From Gammaproteobacteria bacterium (GTDB lineage Bacteria; Pseudomonadota; Gammaproteobacteria; Steroidobacterales; Steroidobacteraceae), in NCBI GenBank assembly GCA_016874175.1, contig VGUP01000002.1, positions 3,983-67,982 of the forward strand: a stretch of DNA of 64,000 nucleotides, in the 5' to 3' direction. Below, one piece after another: positions 46,138-56,556 of the stretch. Numbering within the stretch: the first letter of the stretch is position 1; each line of letters opens with the position of its first letter. Under the pieces are notes generated by a model, which saw only the letters and a list, made by a program, of their open reading frames with translations, was not told the origin of the DNA and did no database searches. The position numbers and the translations under genes are program-made.

Positions 46138-46221
46138 CCGAAATTCCCCGTCATTTGCGGTTCCCTAATGTGCCCGTTTCGCCCAAAATGCAAGTTTAGT
46201 TCAGTGATTACGGGGGTCTCG

Positions 46222-47382
46222 ATGAATCTTCACGAATATCAAGCCAAAGAGGTCTTTGCCGCATACGGGATCCCCGTGCCGGCTGGCCGCGCGGCGGCTA
46301 CGCCGGATGAAGCGGTGGCTGCAGCCGAGGCTCTTGGCGGCTCGATCTGGGTCGTGAAGGCGCAGGTTCATGCCGGCGGCCGCGGCAAGGCAGGCGGCGT
46401 CAAACTCGCGCGCGATACTGCGGCGGTGCGCGATGCAGCCAAGGCCATGCTCGGCACTCGACTCGCCACCAAGCAGACCGGACCCGAGGGTTTGCCGGTC
46501 GATCGCGTCTACGTCGAAACCGGTTCGGCGATCGAGCGCGAGATTTATCTCTCGCTGACACTCAATCGCGAGAAGGGACGCATCGCGATGGTGGGTTCGG
46601 CCGCAGGTGGCATGGACATCGAAGAAGTTGCCGAGCACTCGCCCGAGAAGATCACCACGGTGAACATTCACCCGGCTGCCGGCTTGCAGCCCAACCAGTG
46701 CCGCCGCATGGCCTTCGCACTTGGCTTCAAGGGCGAGCAGATCGCACAGTTTCAAAAAATTGCGCTGGCGCTCTACCAGCTCTATCTCGACAAAGACGCG
46801 AGCCTGCTCGAAGTCAACCCGCTCATCGTCACAAAGGCGGGCGATCTCGTTGCGCTCGACGCCAAGATCAATATCGACGCCAACGCTACCTATCGGCAAA
46901 AAGCGCTCGCGGCCATGCGCGACACCGCGCAAGAAGATCCGATGGAGCTGCAGGCGAGCCAGCACGATCTCAACTACGTGTCGCTCGACGGCGACATCGC
47001 TTGCATGGTGAACGGCGCGGGCCTGGCGATGGCCACGATGGATCTCATCAAGTTGCACGGCGGTTCGCCCGCGAACTTCCTCGACGTGGGCGGTGGCGCC
47101 ACGGCTGAGCGCGTCACCGTCGCCTTCAAACTCATTCTCTCTAACCCCAAGGTCAAGGCGATTCTCGTCAATATCTTTGGGGGTATCGTGCGCTGCGATT
47201 TGATCGCCGAAGGCGCGATCACCGCAGTCAAAAACGTCGGCGTAAAGGTGCCGGTGGTGGTGCGCCTCGAGGGCACCAATGCCGAAAAAGCCTGCGAGAC
47301 GCTGGCCGCGAGTGGCCTCAAGGTCATCGCCGCCAAAGATCTCACCGACGCCGCGCAAAAAGTCGTGGCCGCCGCGCGCTGA
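46222..47382 (+). CDS. sucC: Succinyl-CoA ligase beta subunit
   Basis: [41 protein letters not shown]. Confidence 0.98.
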   Translation: MNLHEYQAKEVFAAYGIPVPAGRAAATPDEAVAAAEALGGSIWVVKAQVHAGGRGKAGGVKLARDTAAVRDAAKAMLGTRLATKQTGPEGLPVDRVYVETGSAIEREIYLSLTLNREKGRIAMVGSAAGGMDIEEVAEHSPEKITTVNIHPAAGLQPNQCRRMAFALGFKGEQIAQFQKIALALYQLYLDKDASLLEVNPLIVTKAGDLVALDAKINIDANATYRQKALAAMRDTAQEDPMELQASQHDLNYVSLDGDIACMVNGAGLAMATMDLIKLHGGSPANFLDVGGGATAERVTVAFKLILSNPKVKAILVNIFGGIVRCDLIAEGAITAVKNVGVKVPVVVRLEGTNAEKACETLAASGLKVIAAKDLTDAAQKVVAAAR

Positions 47383-47431
47383 CGCTCATCTTTCGTCACC
47401 CGCGCCACTACAAGCTGACAGGATTCGACCC

Positions 47432-48316
47432 ATGAGCATTCTCGTAGACAAGAACACCAAAGTGATCTGCCAGGGCTTTACCGGCAAGCAGGGCACGTTC
47501 CATTCCGAACAGTGCATTGCCTATGGCACCCAGGTCGTGGGCGGCGTCACGCCGGGCCGCGGCGGTGACACCCACCTCGGTCGGCCGGTGTTCGACACCG
47601 TGCACGATGCGGTGGCGGCAACCGGCGCCAACGCCTCAATGATTTACGTACCCGCAGGTTTTGCCGCCGATGCAATTCTCGAAGCGGCAGATGCCGGCAT
47701 CGAGCTCATCGTCTGCATCACCGAAGGCATTCCGGTGAATGACATGGTGCGTGTGAAGACCGCACTCGCCGGTACTCAGTCGCGACTGATCGGTCCCAAC
47801 TGCCCGGGTATCATCACGCCGGGCGAATGCAAGATCGGCATCATGCCGGGCTTCATTCACAAGTCGGGTTGCATCGGTATCGTGTCGCGCTCGGGCACGC
47901 TCACCTACGAGACCGTGTTCCAGACCACCAACAATGGGCTTGGGCAAAGCACCTGCGTTGGTATCGGTGGCGATCCGGTGCGCGGCATGAATTTCATTGA
48001 TGTGCTCGCGCTGTTTCAGGACGACCCGAAAACCGAAGGCATCGTCATGGTGGGCGAGATCGGCGGCAGCGACGAAGAAGCGGGCGCCGAGTTCATTCGC
48101 CAGCATGTGACCAAGCCGGTGGTGGCCTACATCGCAGGCGTCACCGCACCGCTGGGCAAGCGTATGGGTCACGCGGGCGCCGTGATCGCCGGTGGCAAGG
48201 GCACGGCCGCCGACAAGTTCCGCGCTCTCGAGGCGGCGGGTGTGCGCACCGTTCGATCACCCGCCGAACTCGGCTCGGCGATCGAAGAGCGGTTGCGCAA
48301 GTGCCGGAAGGCTTGA
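47432..48316 (+). CDS. sucD: Succinyl-CoA ligase alpha subunit
   Basis: [30 protein letters not shown] (phospho-His). Confidence 0.98.
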   Translation: MSILVDKNTKVICQGFTGKQGTFHSEQCIAYGTQVVGGVTPGRGGDTHLGRPVFDTVHDAVAATGANASMIYVPAGFAADAILEAADAGIELIVCITEGIPVNDMVRVKTALAGTQSRLIGPNCPGIITPGECKIGIMPGFIHKSGCIGIVSRSGTLTYETVFQTTNNGLGQSTCVGIGGDPVRGMNFIDVLALFQDDPKTEGIVMVGEIGGSDEEAGAEFIRQHVTKPVVAYIAGVTAPLGKRMGHAGAVIAGGKGTAADKFRALEAAGVRTVRSPAELGSAIEERLRKCRKA

Positions 48317-49959
48317 CCGCCGGCAGCCTGAAGATCGCCCTCGCGCAGCTTGATCTGCTCGTCGGCGATATCGACGGCAACGCCGCACGCGTGCTCGACA
48401 CTGCGGCGCAGGCCGGCGTGGCTGACCTCGTCGTCTTCCCGGAGTTCACGCTCGCCGGCTATCCGCCGGAAGATCTTCTCTTTCATCGCGGCTTTCGCCA
48501 CCAGATCGAACGCGCGCTGATGCACTGCACACGCGCGACCGATCGGCCGGCGATGTTGCTCGGCTTTCCCGAGTACACCGACGCCGGCATTTACAACACG
48601 GTCGCGTTGTTGGCGGCGGGTGTTGAACGCGCGCGTTATCGCAAGGCCTGTCTGCCGAATTACGGCGTCTTCGACGAACAAAGATATTTTGCGCGGGGTA
48701 GCGCACCCGCCGTGGTCGAGCTGCGCGGCTTTCGTCTCGGCCTGCTGATCTGCGAGGATATTTGGCAGCGTGCGCCCGCGCAGGCGGCGGTAGCCGCCGG
48801 GGCCGAGCTGTTGCTCGTGACCAATGCTTCGCCCTATGAGCAGGGTAAACAAGCCTCGCGCGAGGCCATGCTGCGCGAGCGAGCCATCGAAACCGGTCTG
48901 CCGATCGTCTATGTCAACTTGGTCGGCGCGCAAGACGAACTGGTTTTTGATGGTCAAAGCGTGGTGGTCGATCGACACGGCAGCGTGGTGTTGCGTGCTG
49001 CCGCCTTTGTCGAAGCGCTCGCCACGATCGAGTTCACGCGCGACGCTGATGGTCGCGCGGTGCCGCGAGCAGCGGCGGGCGCGATCTCGGCGCCGCTCGC
49101 CGAGGCCGCAGAGGTTTATCGCGCTTTGGTGCAGGGTGTGCGCGACTACGTCGGCAAGCATCGCTTTCCGGGCGTAGTGCTCGGGCTTTCGGGCGGTATC
49201 GACTCGGCGCTGACGCTCGCCATCGCGGTCGATGCACTCGGGGCCGAGCGCGTGCAGGCGGTGATGATGCCCTCGCGATACACCGCGCAGATGAGTCTCG
49301 ATGATGCCGCCCTGCAAGCCGCGCGGCTCGGCGTCAAATATTCGGTGATTCCCATCGAGGGCATGTTCACGGCCACGCTCGCCGCACTCGCCGCGGAGTT
49401 TGCCGGTCGACCGGTCGACGCCACCGAAGAAAACATCCAGTCGCGTTGCCGCATGCAATTGCTGATGGGGATCTCGAACAAGACCGGGCGGATGCTGCTG
49501 ACCACCGGCAACAAAAGCGAGATGGCGGTCGGCTATGCCACGCTCTATGGCGACATGGCGGGCGGCTTCGCGCCCATCAAAGATTGCAGCAAGCTGCTCG
49601 TCTATCGGCTCGCCGAGTGGCGCAATGCGGCTGCGCTCGCCGCCGGTGAGACCGCGGTCATTCCGGCGCGGGTCATCGAGCGCGCACCCTCTGCGGAGCT
49701 GCGGCCCGATCAAAAAGACGTCGATTCGCTGCCGCCGTATGAAATTCTCGATCCGATACTCGAGGCTTTCATCGAGCACGACCAGTCAGTCGAAGAAATC
49801 GTCGCGCGCGGCTTTGATAAAGCGACCGTCGGCCGCGTGCTCAATGTCGTCAAGCGCAATGAATACAAGCGTCGTCAGGCGCCGCCCGGCGTGCGCGTCA
49901 GTCGCCGCGCCTTCGGCCGCGACTGGCGCTATCCGATCACGAGTGGTTATCGGCGCTGA
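48301..49959 (+). CDS. nadE: Glutamine-dependent NAD+ synthetase (nitrilase + synthetase domains)
   Basis: Glu-Lys-Cys triad (FPE, YRK..LPNY, ICEDIW); [20 protein letters not shown]. Start may be TTG 48313. Confidence 0.96.
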   Translation: MPEGLTAGSLKIALAQLDLLVGDIDGNAARVLDTAAQAGVADLVVFPEFTLAGYPPEDLLFHRGFRHQIERALMHCTRATDRPAMLLGFPEYTDAGIYNTVALLAAGVERARYRKACLPNYGVFDEQRYFARGSAPAVVELRGFRLGLLICEDIWQRAPAQAAVAAGAELLLVTNASPYEQGKQASREAMLRERAIETGLPIVYVNLVGAQDELVFDGQSVVVDRHGSVVLRAAAFVEALATIEFTRDADGRAVPRAAAGAISAPLAEAAEVYRALVQGVRDYVGKHRFPGVVLGLSGGIDSALTLAIAVDALGAERVQAVMMPSRYTAQMSLDDAALQAARLGVKYSVIPIEGMFTATLAALAAEFAGRPVDATEENIQSRCRMQLLMGISNKTGRMLLTTGNKSEMAVGYATLYGDMAGGFAPIKDCSKLLVYRLAEWRNAAALAAGETAVIPARVIERAPSAELRPDQKDVDSLPPYEILDPILEAFIEHDQSVEEIVARGFDKATVGRVLNVVKRNEYKRRQAPPGVRVSRRAFGRDWRYPITSGYRR

Positions 49960-49986
49960 GCGCGCGGGCGTCTCAGCCGCTGCTGG

Positions 49987-50817
49987 TCAGCCCCAGATAC
50001 GCCACCAAGGCTTGTTCACCGGGACGACCTTGTCGGCCGTGCCGCCATAGTTGGCGGCGTAAATTTCCCGCGCCTGCGCCGCGAGCTCTTTCATGCCGAG
50101 CTGCTCGTAGGACTGGATGAGAATGGCCAACGATTCGCGCACCGCAGGCGCGCCGTCGTATTGCTCGATGATTTCTTTGGCGCGGCGCGCTGCGGCCACC
50201 CAGGCACCGCGCTTGACGTAATACTGGGCGACGTGGAGGTCGTAGTCGGCGAGGCGGTTGCGCAGATGGATCATGCGCCGCCGCGAATCGTGGGCGTACT
50301 CGCTCTTCGGAAAATCTTCGACCACTTTGCGGAAGCTGTTGAAGGCCCGCTGCGCCGTTTGTGGCGGTCGCGCATCGAGATCGACGTCCAGCCACCGCTC
50401 GAGAAAATTCGCCGAGCGTTCGAAATCGACCAAACCTTTCACGTACCAGGCGTAGTCGAGCCACGGATGCGTCGGATTTTCGCGCATGAAGGTGTCGGCC
50501 TGATCGAGTGCCGACTCGCTTTCGCGACCTTTGTAGTAGGCGTAGATGAGATCGAGCCGCGCCTGACGCGCTTCGGCGCCGAAGGGATAGCGCGCGACCA
50601 GCGCCTCGTAGAGGCGGATGGCATTTTCATAGTCCTGATTGTCGAGCGCTTTGCGTGCGCGCTCGTAGACGACACCCGCGCCACCGCGCGCGAGATCGAG
50701 ATCTTCGCGGTTGGACGCGCAGCCGGCGAGCAGCTGCAACAGTGCAAGGGCCAGGGAAAACAGCAGCAAATGGGCGCGACGCAGGCCGAGTAGCCGGTTG
50801 CCCGATGGCATGGTCAT
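49987..50817 (-). CDS. bamD: Outer membrane assembly lipoprotein BamD
   Basis: Lipobox LAGC, TPR-like repeats (YP...A.QA.LDL.YAYYK, DYA.Y..GL, YY.KRGA.VAA); divergent from rluD. Confidence 0.95.
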   Translation of the reverse strand: MTMPSGNRLLGLRRAHLLLFSLALALLQLLAGCASNREDLDLARGGAGVVYERARKALDNQDYENAIRLYEALVARYPFGAEARQARLDLIYAYYKGRESESALDQADTFMRENPTHPWLDYAWYVKGLVDFERSANFLERWLDVDLDARPPQTAQRAFNSFRKVVEDFPKSEYAHDSRRRMIHLRNRLADYDLHVAQYYVKRGAWVAAARRAKEIIEQYDGAPAVRESLAILIQSYEQLGMKELAAQAREIYAANYGGTADKVVPVNKPWWRIWG

Positions 50818-50860
50818 GGTTGGATTCGCGGAAGCCAAGACAGGCATTATAGCGAAGCCC

Positions 50861-51868
50861 ATGTCGCCCCCCGGAAAAAAGGCAAAAGCCAAGCCAGCGA
50901 TCTGCTCGCCGGCGGTCGAACGACACGAGTTGACGTTCGCGGCCGATGACGCGGGTGAGCGGCTCGACGTGGTGCTGGCGCGGCGGTTGCCGCAGTACTC
51001 ACGCGCCCGCTTGCAACGCTGGATCGACGAGGGACGGGTGCTGGTCGATGGCGTGGTGCCCGCACGTCGGGTGCTGGTCCGCGCGGCGCAGCAGGTGCGC
51101 ATCGACGCTGTTTTCATTGCCGATGAGCGCGTGCAGGCCGGTAAGCCGGCGGTGCCTTTTCGGGTGCTGCATCGCGACGCTGCGATCTACGTCATCAACA
51201 AGCCGCCGGGGCTCGTCGTGCATCCGGGCGCGGGTGTGGCTTCGGGCACTTTGCAGAATGCGCTGCTGGCGCTCGATCCGCAGTTGGCCAAAGTGCCGCG
51301 CGCCGGCATCGTGCATCGGCTCGACAAAGACACTTCAGGCTTGCTGGTGGTCGCGCGCACGCCCGTGGCGCACGCGGCGCTGGTGCGCGCGCTCGCAGCG
51401 CGCGAGGTTGGACGAGAATACCTCGCGCTTTGTCACGGTCTGATGACGGGTGGCGGCACCATCGCGGAGCCGATCGGTCGGCACCGTACGCAGCGCACGC
51501 GCATGGCGGTGCGTGCCGATGGTCGCGAGGCCGTGACCCACTATCGCATCGAACGCCGATTCCGCGCGCACACGCTCGCGCGCGTGCAACTCGAGACGGG
51601 TCGTACGCACCAAATCCGCGTGCATCTCACGCACGCGGGATATCCGATTGTTGGCGACCCGGTATATGGCGGACGAAAACGCGCGCCGGCGGCCGGGAGC
51701 CCGGCCGTGCTCGCGGCACTCGCGGCTTTCCAGCGTCAGGCGCTGCATGCGACGCGACTCGAATTTGCGCATCCGGTATCGGGTCGGCCGCTCGTCTTCG
51801 AGGCGCCGCTGCCCAAAGATTTCGCGGCCTTGCTCGAGGTTCTCGCCGCCGAAGCAGGTGCGGCGTGA
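50861..51868 (+). CDS. rluD: 23S rRNA pseudouridine synthase D
   Basis: S4 domain (RLD..LA...YSR..LQ.WI), NKP.GLVVHP, VHRLDKDTSG, LETGRTHQIRVH. Confidence 0.96.
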   Translation: MSPPGKKAKAKPAICSPAVERHELTFAADDAGERLDVVLARRLPQYSRARLQRWIDEGRVLVDGVVPARRVLVRAAQQVRIDAVFIADERVQAGKPAVPFRVLHRDAAIYVINKPPGLVVHPGAGVASGTLQNALLALDPQLAKVPRAGIVHRLDKDTSGLLVVARTPVAHAALVRALAAREVGREYLALCHGLMTGGGTIAEPIGRHRTQRTRMAVRADGREAVTHYRIERRFRAHTLARVQLETGRTHQIRVHLTHAGYPIVGDPVYGGRKRAPAAGSPAVLAALAAFQRQALHATRLEFAHPVSGRPLVFEAPLPKDFAALLEVLAAEAGAA

Positions 51869-52626
51869 GCGTGCCCATCCTCGAGCCCCAATGGGCCGCG
51901 CCGCGCGGCGTGCGCGCCGCATTTTCTTTGCGCAGCGGCGGGACTAGCACGCCGCCCTGGGACAGCCTCAATCTCGGTGTGCATGTGGGTGATGATCCGG
52001 CCGCGGTCGCCGAGAATCGTCGTCGCCTGCGCCACACCCTCGGTCTGCCAAGCGAGCCGATCTGGCTCGATCAGGTGCATGGCACCGCGGTCGTGCACAT
52101 CGACTCGGCGACTGGACGGCAAAATGGCCGCGAGTCCCCACCTGGCGTGCGGCCCCGCGCCGACGCCGCCGTCACCCGCGAACGCGGCGTCGTACTCGCC
52201 ATACAGGTCGCCGATTGTCTGCCGGTATTGCTCGCGAGCCCAGAGTCCGTGCTCGGGGCAGCTCACGCCGGCTGGCGGGGTCTTGCCGCCGGTGTCATCG
52301 ACGCCACGGTTGCGGCGATGCAAGTGCCGCCATCGCAACTCGTCGCCTGGCTAGGGCCCTGCATCGGCCCGGCTCACTTCAAGGTGGGTGACGAGGTACG
52401 CGCGGCCTTCCTGGCGGCGGACCCGGCGGCGGCTGCCGCCTTCGAGGTCAACGCTCAAGGGCGCTGGCAATGCGACCTGCCGCAGCTCGCCCGAGCGCGT
52501 CTGCGGGCGCTCGGGATCACGCAGGTTGCCGGCGGCGAGTGGTGCACCGCAGCCGACCCGGTGCGCTTTTATTCCCATCGGCGCGATCAGCGGACCGGTC
52601 GGATGGCGGCACTGATCTGGTGTTAG
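51865..52626 (+). CDS. pgeF: PgeF/YfiH laccase-domain protein
   Basis: SLNLG.HVGDD, QVHG, ADCLPV, HAGWRG, CT...FYS.RR..TGRM. Confidence 0.94.
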   Translation: MSVPILEPQWAAPRGVRAAFSLRSGGTSTPPWDSLNLGVHVGDDPAAVAENRRRLRHTLGLPSEPIWLDQVHGTAVVHIDSATGRQNGRESPPGVRPRADAAVTRERGVVLAIQVADCLPVLLASPESVLGAAHAGWRGLAAGVIDATVAAMQVPPSQLVAWLGPCIGPAHFKVGDEVRAAFLAADPAAAAAFEVNAQGRWQCDLPQLARARLRALGITQVAGGEWCTAADPVRFYSHRRDQRTGRMAALIWC

Positions 52627-52636
52627 AATATAACGC

Positions 52637-53431
52637 TTGTTGACCTCGGAGTCTGCGGTGCTCGCCAATATCGTCCTCTTCACGGCCCTCGGCGGGGTGC
52701 TCCCGGTACTGATCGCCGGCCTGAGTCTGTTGCTGCCGCAGGCGACCCGTGACCGGATGCTGCTGCACTCGGTGAGCTTCGCCACCGGCACGCTGCTGGC
52801 CACCGCCTTGCTCGCGCTGATCCCGCACGCCATGGAGGGCGCAGGCCCGTTGCAAGTGCACCAGATCGGCATTGCGTTGCTTGCCGGCATCGGACTTTTT
52901 TTCGTACTCGAAAAATTCCTGCTCTGGCGGCACTGCCACACTGAGGCGGTCGAGACAGCTCACACCCATGAGCGTCACCGCCACAAGGCTTCGGGCGGGC
53001 TCCTCATGGTCGGTGACGGGCTGCACAATTTCATTGACGGCGTGTTGATTGCCGCGGCGTTTCTGACCGATTTTCACCTCGGTGTCGTCACCACGCTCGC
53101 CATCATGGCCCACGAAATTCCGCAGGAAGTGGGCAATTTCGGGGTCTTGTTGCATGGCGGATTCAGTCGCGGCAAGGCCTTGCTCTGGAACGTGCTCTCG
53201 AGTCTCACGGCCGTAGCGGGCGGGATAGTCGGCTGGTGGATGCTGGACACCGTCATGTCGCTCTTGCCTTATGCGCTCGCGGTGTCGGCTGCCAGCCTGC
53301 TCTATGTGGCCGTGGCCGATCTGATCCCGGGTCTGCACAAGCGCACCGATCTGCAGGCGGGAGCCTTCCAATTGTTGTGGATAGGCGTCGGCATCGGCCT
53401 CGTCGCCTTCGCCGAGTCGCAGCTGCATTAG
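52637..53431 (+). CDS. ZIP family divalent metal transporter
   Basis: Multiple TM helices, His-rich loop (HCHTEAVETAHTHERHRH), GDGLHNFIDG, AHEIPQE.G, LYVAVADLIP. Start uncertain (TTG 52637 or GTG 52658). Confidence 0.93.
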   Translation: MLTSESAVLANIVLFTALGGVLPVLIAGLSLLLPQATRDRMLLHSVSFATGTLLATALLALIPHAMEGAGPLQVHQIGIALLAGIGLFFVLEKFLLWRHCHTEAVETAHTHERHRHKASGGLLMVGDGLHNFIDGVLIAAAFLTDFHLGVVTTLAIMAHEIPQEVGNFGVLLHGGFSRGKALLWNVLSSLTAVAGGIVGWWMLDTVMSLLPYALAVSAASLLYVAVADLIPGLHKRTDLQAGAFQLLWIGVGIGLVAFAESQLH

Positions 53432-53473
53432 GCGCGCCGCCGTCACGACGCTGCGGCAGTGCTGCCTGCCGCA

Positions 53474-53503
53474 CCCTTGAAAGCTGCGCCGATGCCCTTA
53501 CTT
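53474..53503 (+). promoter_or_regulatory. Probable sigma-32 (RpoH) promoter of clpB
   Basis: CCCTTGAAA (CTTGAA at 53476-53481), 14 nt spacer, CCTTACTT, a partial match to CTTGAA-N13/14-CCCCATNT; upstream of a classical heat-shock gene. Confidence 0.7.
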
Positions 53504-53541
53504 AGCCGGGTAAGCAGGCGGGTTTCGCGAGGGCAGGGCTC

Positions 53542-56124
53542 ATGCGTCAAGACAAGCTCACCGAAAAATTCCGACAAGGCCTGGCCGAGGCCCAGTCGCT
53601 CGCGCTCGGTCGCGATCACCAGATCATCGAGCCCGCGCATGTGTTGCTCGCGCTCATCGATCAGCAGGCAGGCACCGTGCGCCCGCTGCTCGTCAAGGCG
53701 GGCGGCAATCTGCCGCGGCTGCGCACGGATCTCGCTGCAGCACTCGAGCGCCTGCCCAAAGTCGAGGGCAGGCCCGGCGAAATCCACATCTCCAATGATT
53801 TGCAGCGTCTGCTCAATGTCGCCGACAAGCTCGCGCAGAACCGGGGCGATCAATATATTTCCAGCGAGCTCTACGTGCTCGCGTCCTTCGACGACAAGGC
53901 GCTGCTCGCGCGACTGTTGAAGGACGCCGGATTTTCCAAGGCCGCCATCGACAAAGCGATCGAGGAGATTCGCGGCGGCGAGCGCGTGCAGGATGCGAGC
54001 GCCGAAGAAGGTCGTCAGGCGCTCGAAAAATTCACGGTCGATCTCACGCGTCGCGCCGCCGATGGCAAGCTCGATCCGGTGATCGGTCGTGACGACGAAA
54101 TCCGTCGCACCATTCAGGTGCTGCAGCGACGCACCAAAAATAACCCCGTGCTCATCGGTGAGCCCGGGGTCGGCAAGACCGCCATCGTCGAGGGTCTCGC
54201 GCAGCGCATCATCAACGGCGAAGTACCCGAGAGCCTGCGCAACAAGCGGATTCTCGCGCTCGACATGGGCGCACTGATCGCCGGTGCCAAATTTCGTGGC
54301 GAATTCGAAGAGCGGCTCAAGGGCGTGCTCAATGATTTGGCCAAACAGGAAGGACAGGTCATCCTGTTCATCGACGAGCTACACACCATGGTCGGCGCCG
54401 GCAAGGCCGAAGGTGCGATGGATGCGGGCAATATGCTGAAGCCCGCGCTTGCGCGCGGCGAGCTGCACTGCGTTGGCGCCACCACGCTCGATGAGTATCG
54501 CAAGTACCTCGAAAAAGACGCCGCGCTCGAGCGTCGGTTCCAGAAAGTGCTGGTCGATGAGCCCTCGGTCGAGGACACCATCGCCATCCTGCGCGGTCTG
54601 CAGGAGCGTTACGAGGTGCATCACGGGGTCGACATCACCGACCCGGCGATCGTCGCCGCGGCGACCCTCTCGCATCGTTACATCGCCGATCGGCAGCTGC
54701 CCGACAAGGCTATCGATCTCATCGATGAAGCCGGCGCGCGCATCCGTATGGAGATCGATTCCAAGCCCGAAGCGCTCGACAAGCTCGAGCGGCGCATCAT
54801 TCAGCTGAAGATCGAACAGGTCGCCTTGCAAAAAGAAAAAGACGAGGCCACGCGCAAACGGCTTGCCGCGCTCGAAGAAAACCTGGGGCAGCTCGAAAAG
54901 GAGTACGCCGATCTCGAGGAAATCTGGAAGGGCGAGAAGGCGTCGTTGCAGGGTGCCTCGGGCATCAAAGAAGAGCTGGAAAAGGTCAAGAACGAGCTCG
55001 ATATCGCGCGTCGCAAGAGTGACCTCTCGCGCATGGCCGAGTTGCAGTACGGCCGCATTCCCGAGCTCGAAAAGAAGCTCGCGGCAGCGCAAGCCGCCGA
55101 GGGTCGCGCCACGCAGCTCGTGCGCAACAAGGTCACCGACGAAGAAATCGCCGAAGTGGTTTCCAAGTGGACCGGCATTCCGGTCAGCAAGATGCTCGAG
55201 GGCGAAAAAGAAAAACTGCTGCGTATGGAAGAGGCGCTGTCGCGTCGCGTGGTGGGTCAGGAGGAGGCGGTGCGTATCGTCGCCAACGCCATTCGTCGTT
55301 CGCGCGCCGGGCTCGCTGATCCGCGCCGTCCGAACGGATCGTTTTTGTTCCTCGGCCCGACGGGTGTCGGCAAGACCGAGCTCTGCAAGGCGCTGGCCGA
55401 GTTTCTCTTTGATACCGAAGAGTCGATGGTTCGCATCGACATGTCCGAGTTCATGGAAAAACACTCAGTCGCGCGACTCATCGGCGCGCCTCCGGGCTAC
55501 GTCGGATACGAGGAGGGTGGCTTTCTGACCGAGGCCGTGCGACGTCGACCCTATGCCGTCATCCTGCTCGACGAAGTCGAGAAGGCACATCCCGATGTGT
55601 TCAATGTGCTGCTGCAAGTGCTCGATGACGGTCGTCTGACTGACGGTCAAGGGCGCACGGTCGATTTTCGCAACACCGTCGTGATCATGACCTCGAACCT
55701 CGGCTCGCAGGTCATTCAGGATCACGCTGGCGAGAAGAACTACGTGCGCATGAAGAGCGCGGTACTCGAGATCGTGCAGCAGAACTTCCGCCCGGAATTC
55801 ATCAATCGCATCGACGACATCGTCGTCTTCCATCCGCTCGGCACGGAACAGATTCGCGCCATCGTCGATATCCAGCTTGGCCAACTGCGCAAGCGGCTGA
55901 TCGAGCGCAACCTCGATCTTTTGCTCGACGATGGCGCGCGCGATCTGCTCGGCGAAGCCGGCTTCGATCCTGTGTATGGCGCGCGGCCGCTCAAGCGGGC
56001 GATCCAGCAACAGATCGAAAATCCGCTCGCGCAGCAGCTATTGCAGGGGCGTTATGCACCGGGCGAGAGAATTCGGGTCGGGGTCGGTGAAGACGGTCGG
56101 CTGAGCTTCAGCAAGGCGGTATAA
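53542..56124 (+). CDS. clpB: ATP-dependent disaggregase ClpB
   Basis: Two AAA+ modules ([16 protein letters not shown]), coiled-coil middle domain, GYVG pore loop; 860 aa. Confidence 0.99.
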   Translation: MRQDKLTEKFRQGLAEAQSLALGRDHQIIEPAHVLLALIDQQAGTVRPLLVKAGGNLPRLRTDLAAALERLPKVEGRPGEIHISNDLQRLLNVADKLAQNRGDQYISSELYVLASFDDKALLARLLKDAGFSKAAIDKAIEEIRGGERVQDASAEEGRQALEKFTVDLTRRAADGKLDPVIGRDDEIRRTIQVLQRRTKNNPVLIGEPGVGKTAIVEGLAQRIINGEVPESLRNKRILALDMGALIAGAKFRGEFEERLKGVLNDLAKQEGQVILFIDELHTMVGAGKAEGAMDAGNMLKPALARGELHCVGATTLDEYRKYLEKDAALERRFQKVLVDEPSVEDTIAILRGLQERYEVHHGVDITDPAIVAAATLSHRYIADRQLPDKAIDLIDEAGARIRMEIDSKPEALDKLERRIIQLKIEQVALQKEKDEATRKRLAALEENLGQLEKEYADLEEIWKGEKASLQGASGIKEELEKVKNELDIARRKSDLSRMAELQYGRIPELEKKLAAAQAAEGRATQLVRNKVTDEEIAEVVSKWTGIPVSKMLEGEKEKLLRMEEALSRRVVGQEEAVRIVANAIRRSRAGLADPRRPNGSFLFLGPTGVGKTELCKALAEFLFDTEESMVRIDMSEFMEKHSVARLIGAPPGYVGYEEGGFLTEAVRRRPYAVILLDEVEKAHPDVFNVLLQVLDDGRLTDGQGRTVDFRNTVVIMTSNLGSQVIQDHAGEKNYVRMKSAVLEIVQQNFRPEFINRIDDIVVFHPLGTEQIRAIVDIQLGQLRKRLIERNLDLLLDDGARDLLGEAGFDPVYGARPLKRAIQQQIENPLAQQLLQGRYAPGERIRVGVGEDGRLSFSKAV

Positions 56125-56133
56125 TTCGGTCGC

Positions 56134-56556
56134 ATGCCGTTCTACGAATACGAGTGCAAGGCCTGCGGCTCGCAGACCGAGGTACTGCGAAAAATTACCG
56201 ACAAACCGCTGCGCAAGTGCGCCGAGTGCGGCAAGAACACGCTCATCAAGCTCGTGTCCGCGCCGATTTTCCGGCTCAAGGGTGGCGGCTGGTACGAGAC
56301 CGACTTCAAAACCGAACAGGACAAGAAGCGCAATCTTGCCGGCGCCGAGGGCAAGGAAGACAAGGCTGAGAGCAAAGGCGAGTCCAGCGCCGACGCCAAA
56401 GCCGATTCCAAAGCGGACGCGAAAACCGACGCCAAGGCGGACACCAAGGCCGACTCCAAAACCGAGGCCAAGGCCGAAACCAAAACCGAAGCCAAAGGCG
56501 GAAAAAAGCCGCCTGCCAAAAGCGTGCGTAGCACCAAGGCACGCAAGGGCAAATGA
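56134..56556 (+). CDS. FmdB-family zinc-ribbon protein with low-complexity tail
   Basis: MP.YEYEC..CG...C.ECG...KL.SAP.FRLKG.GWY.TDF followed by an A/D/K-rich tail. Confidence 0.92.
   Translation: MPFYEYECKACGSQTEVLRKITDKPLRKCAECGKNTLIKLVSAPIFRLKGGGWYETDFKTEQDKKRNLAGAEGKEDKAESKGESSADAKADSKADAKTDAKADTKADSKTEAKAETKTEAKGGKKPPAKSVRSTKARKGK
56389..56496 (+). repeat. Degenerate 12-bp coding tandem repeat, 9 copies
   Basis: GCCGACGCCAAA, GCCGATTCCAAA, GCGGACGCGAAA, ACCGACGCCAAG ... ACCGAAGCCAAA, encoding [AT][DE][AST]K nine times. Confidence 0.9.

Noticed and set aside
56389..56496. Periodic repeat considered as a CRISPR array or iteron set
   Set aside because: Units are 12 bp, contiguous, in frame and degenerate at synonymous sites; there are no spacers and no cas or rep genes.
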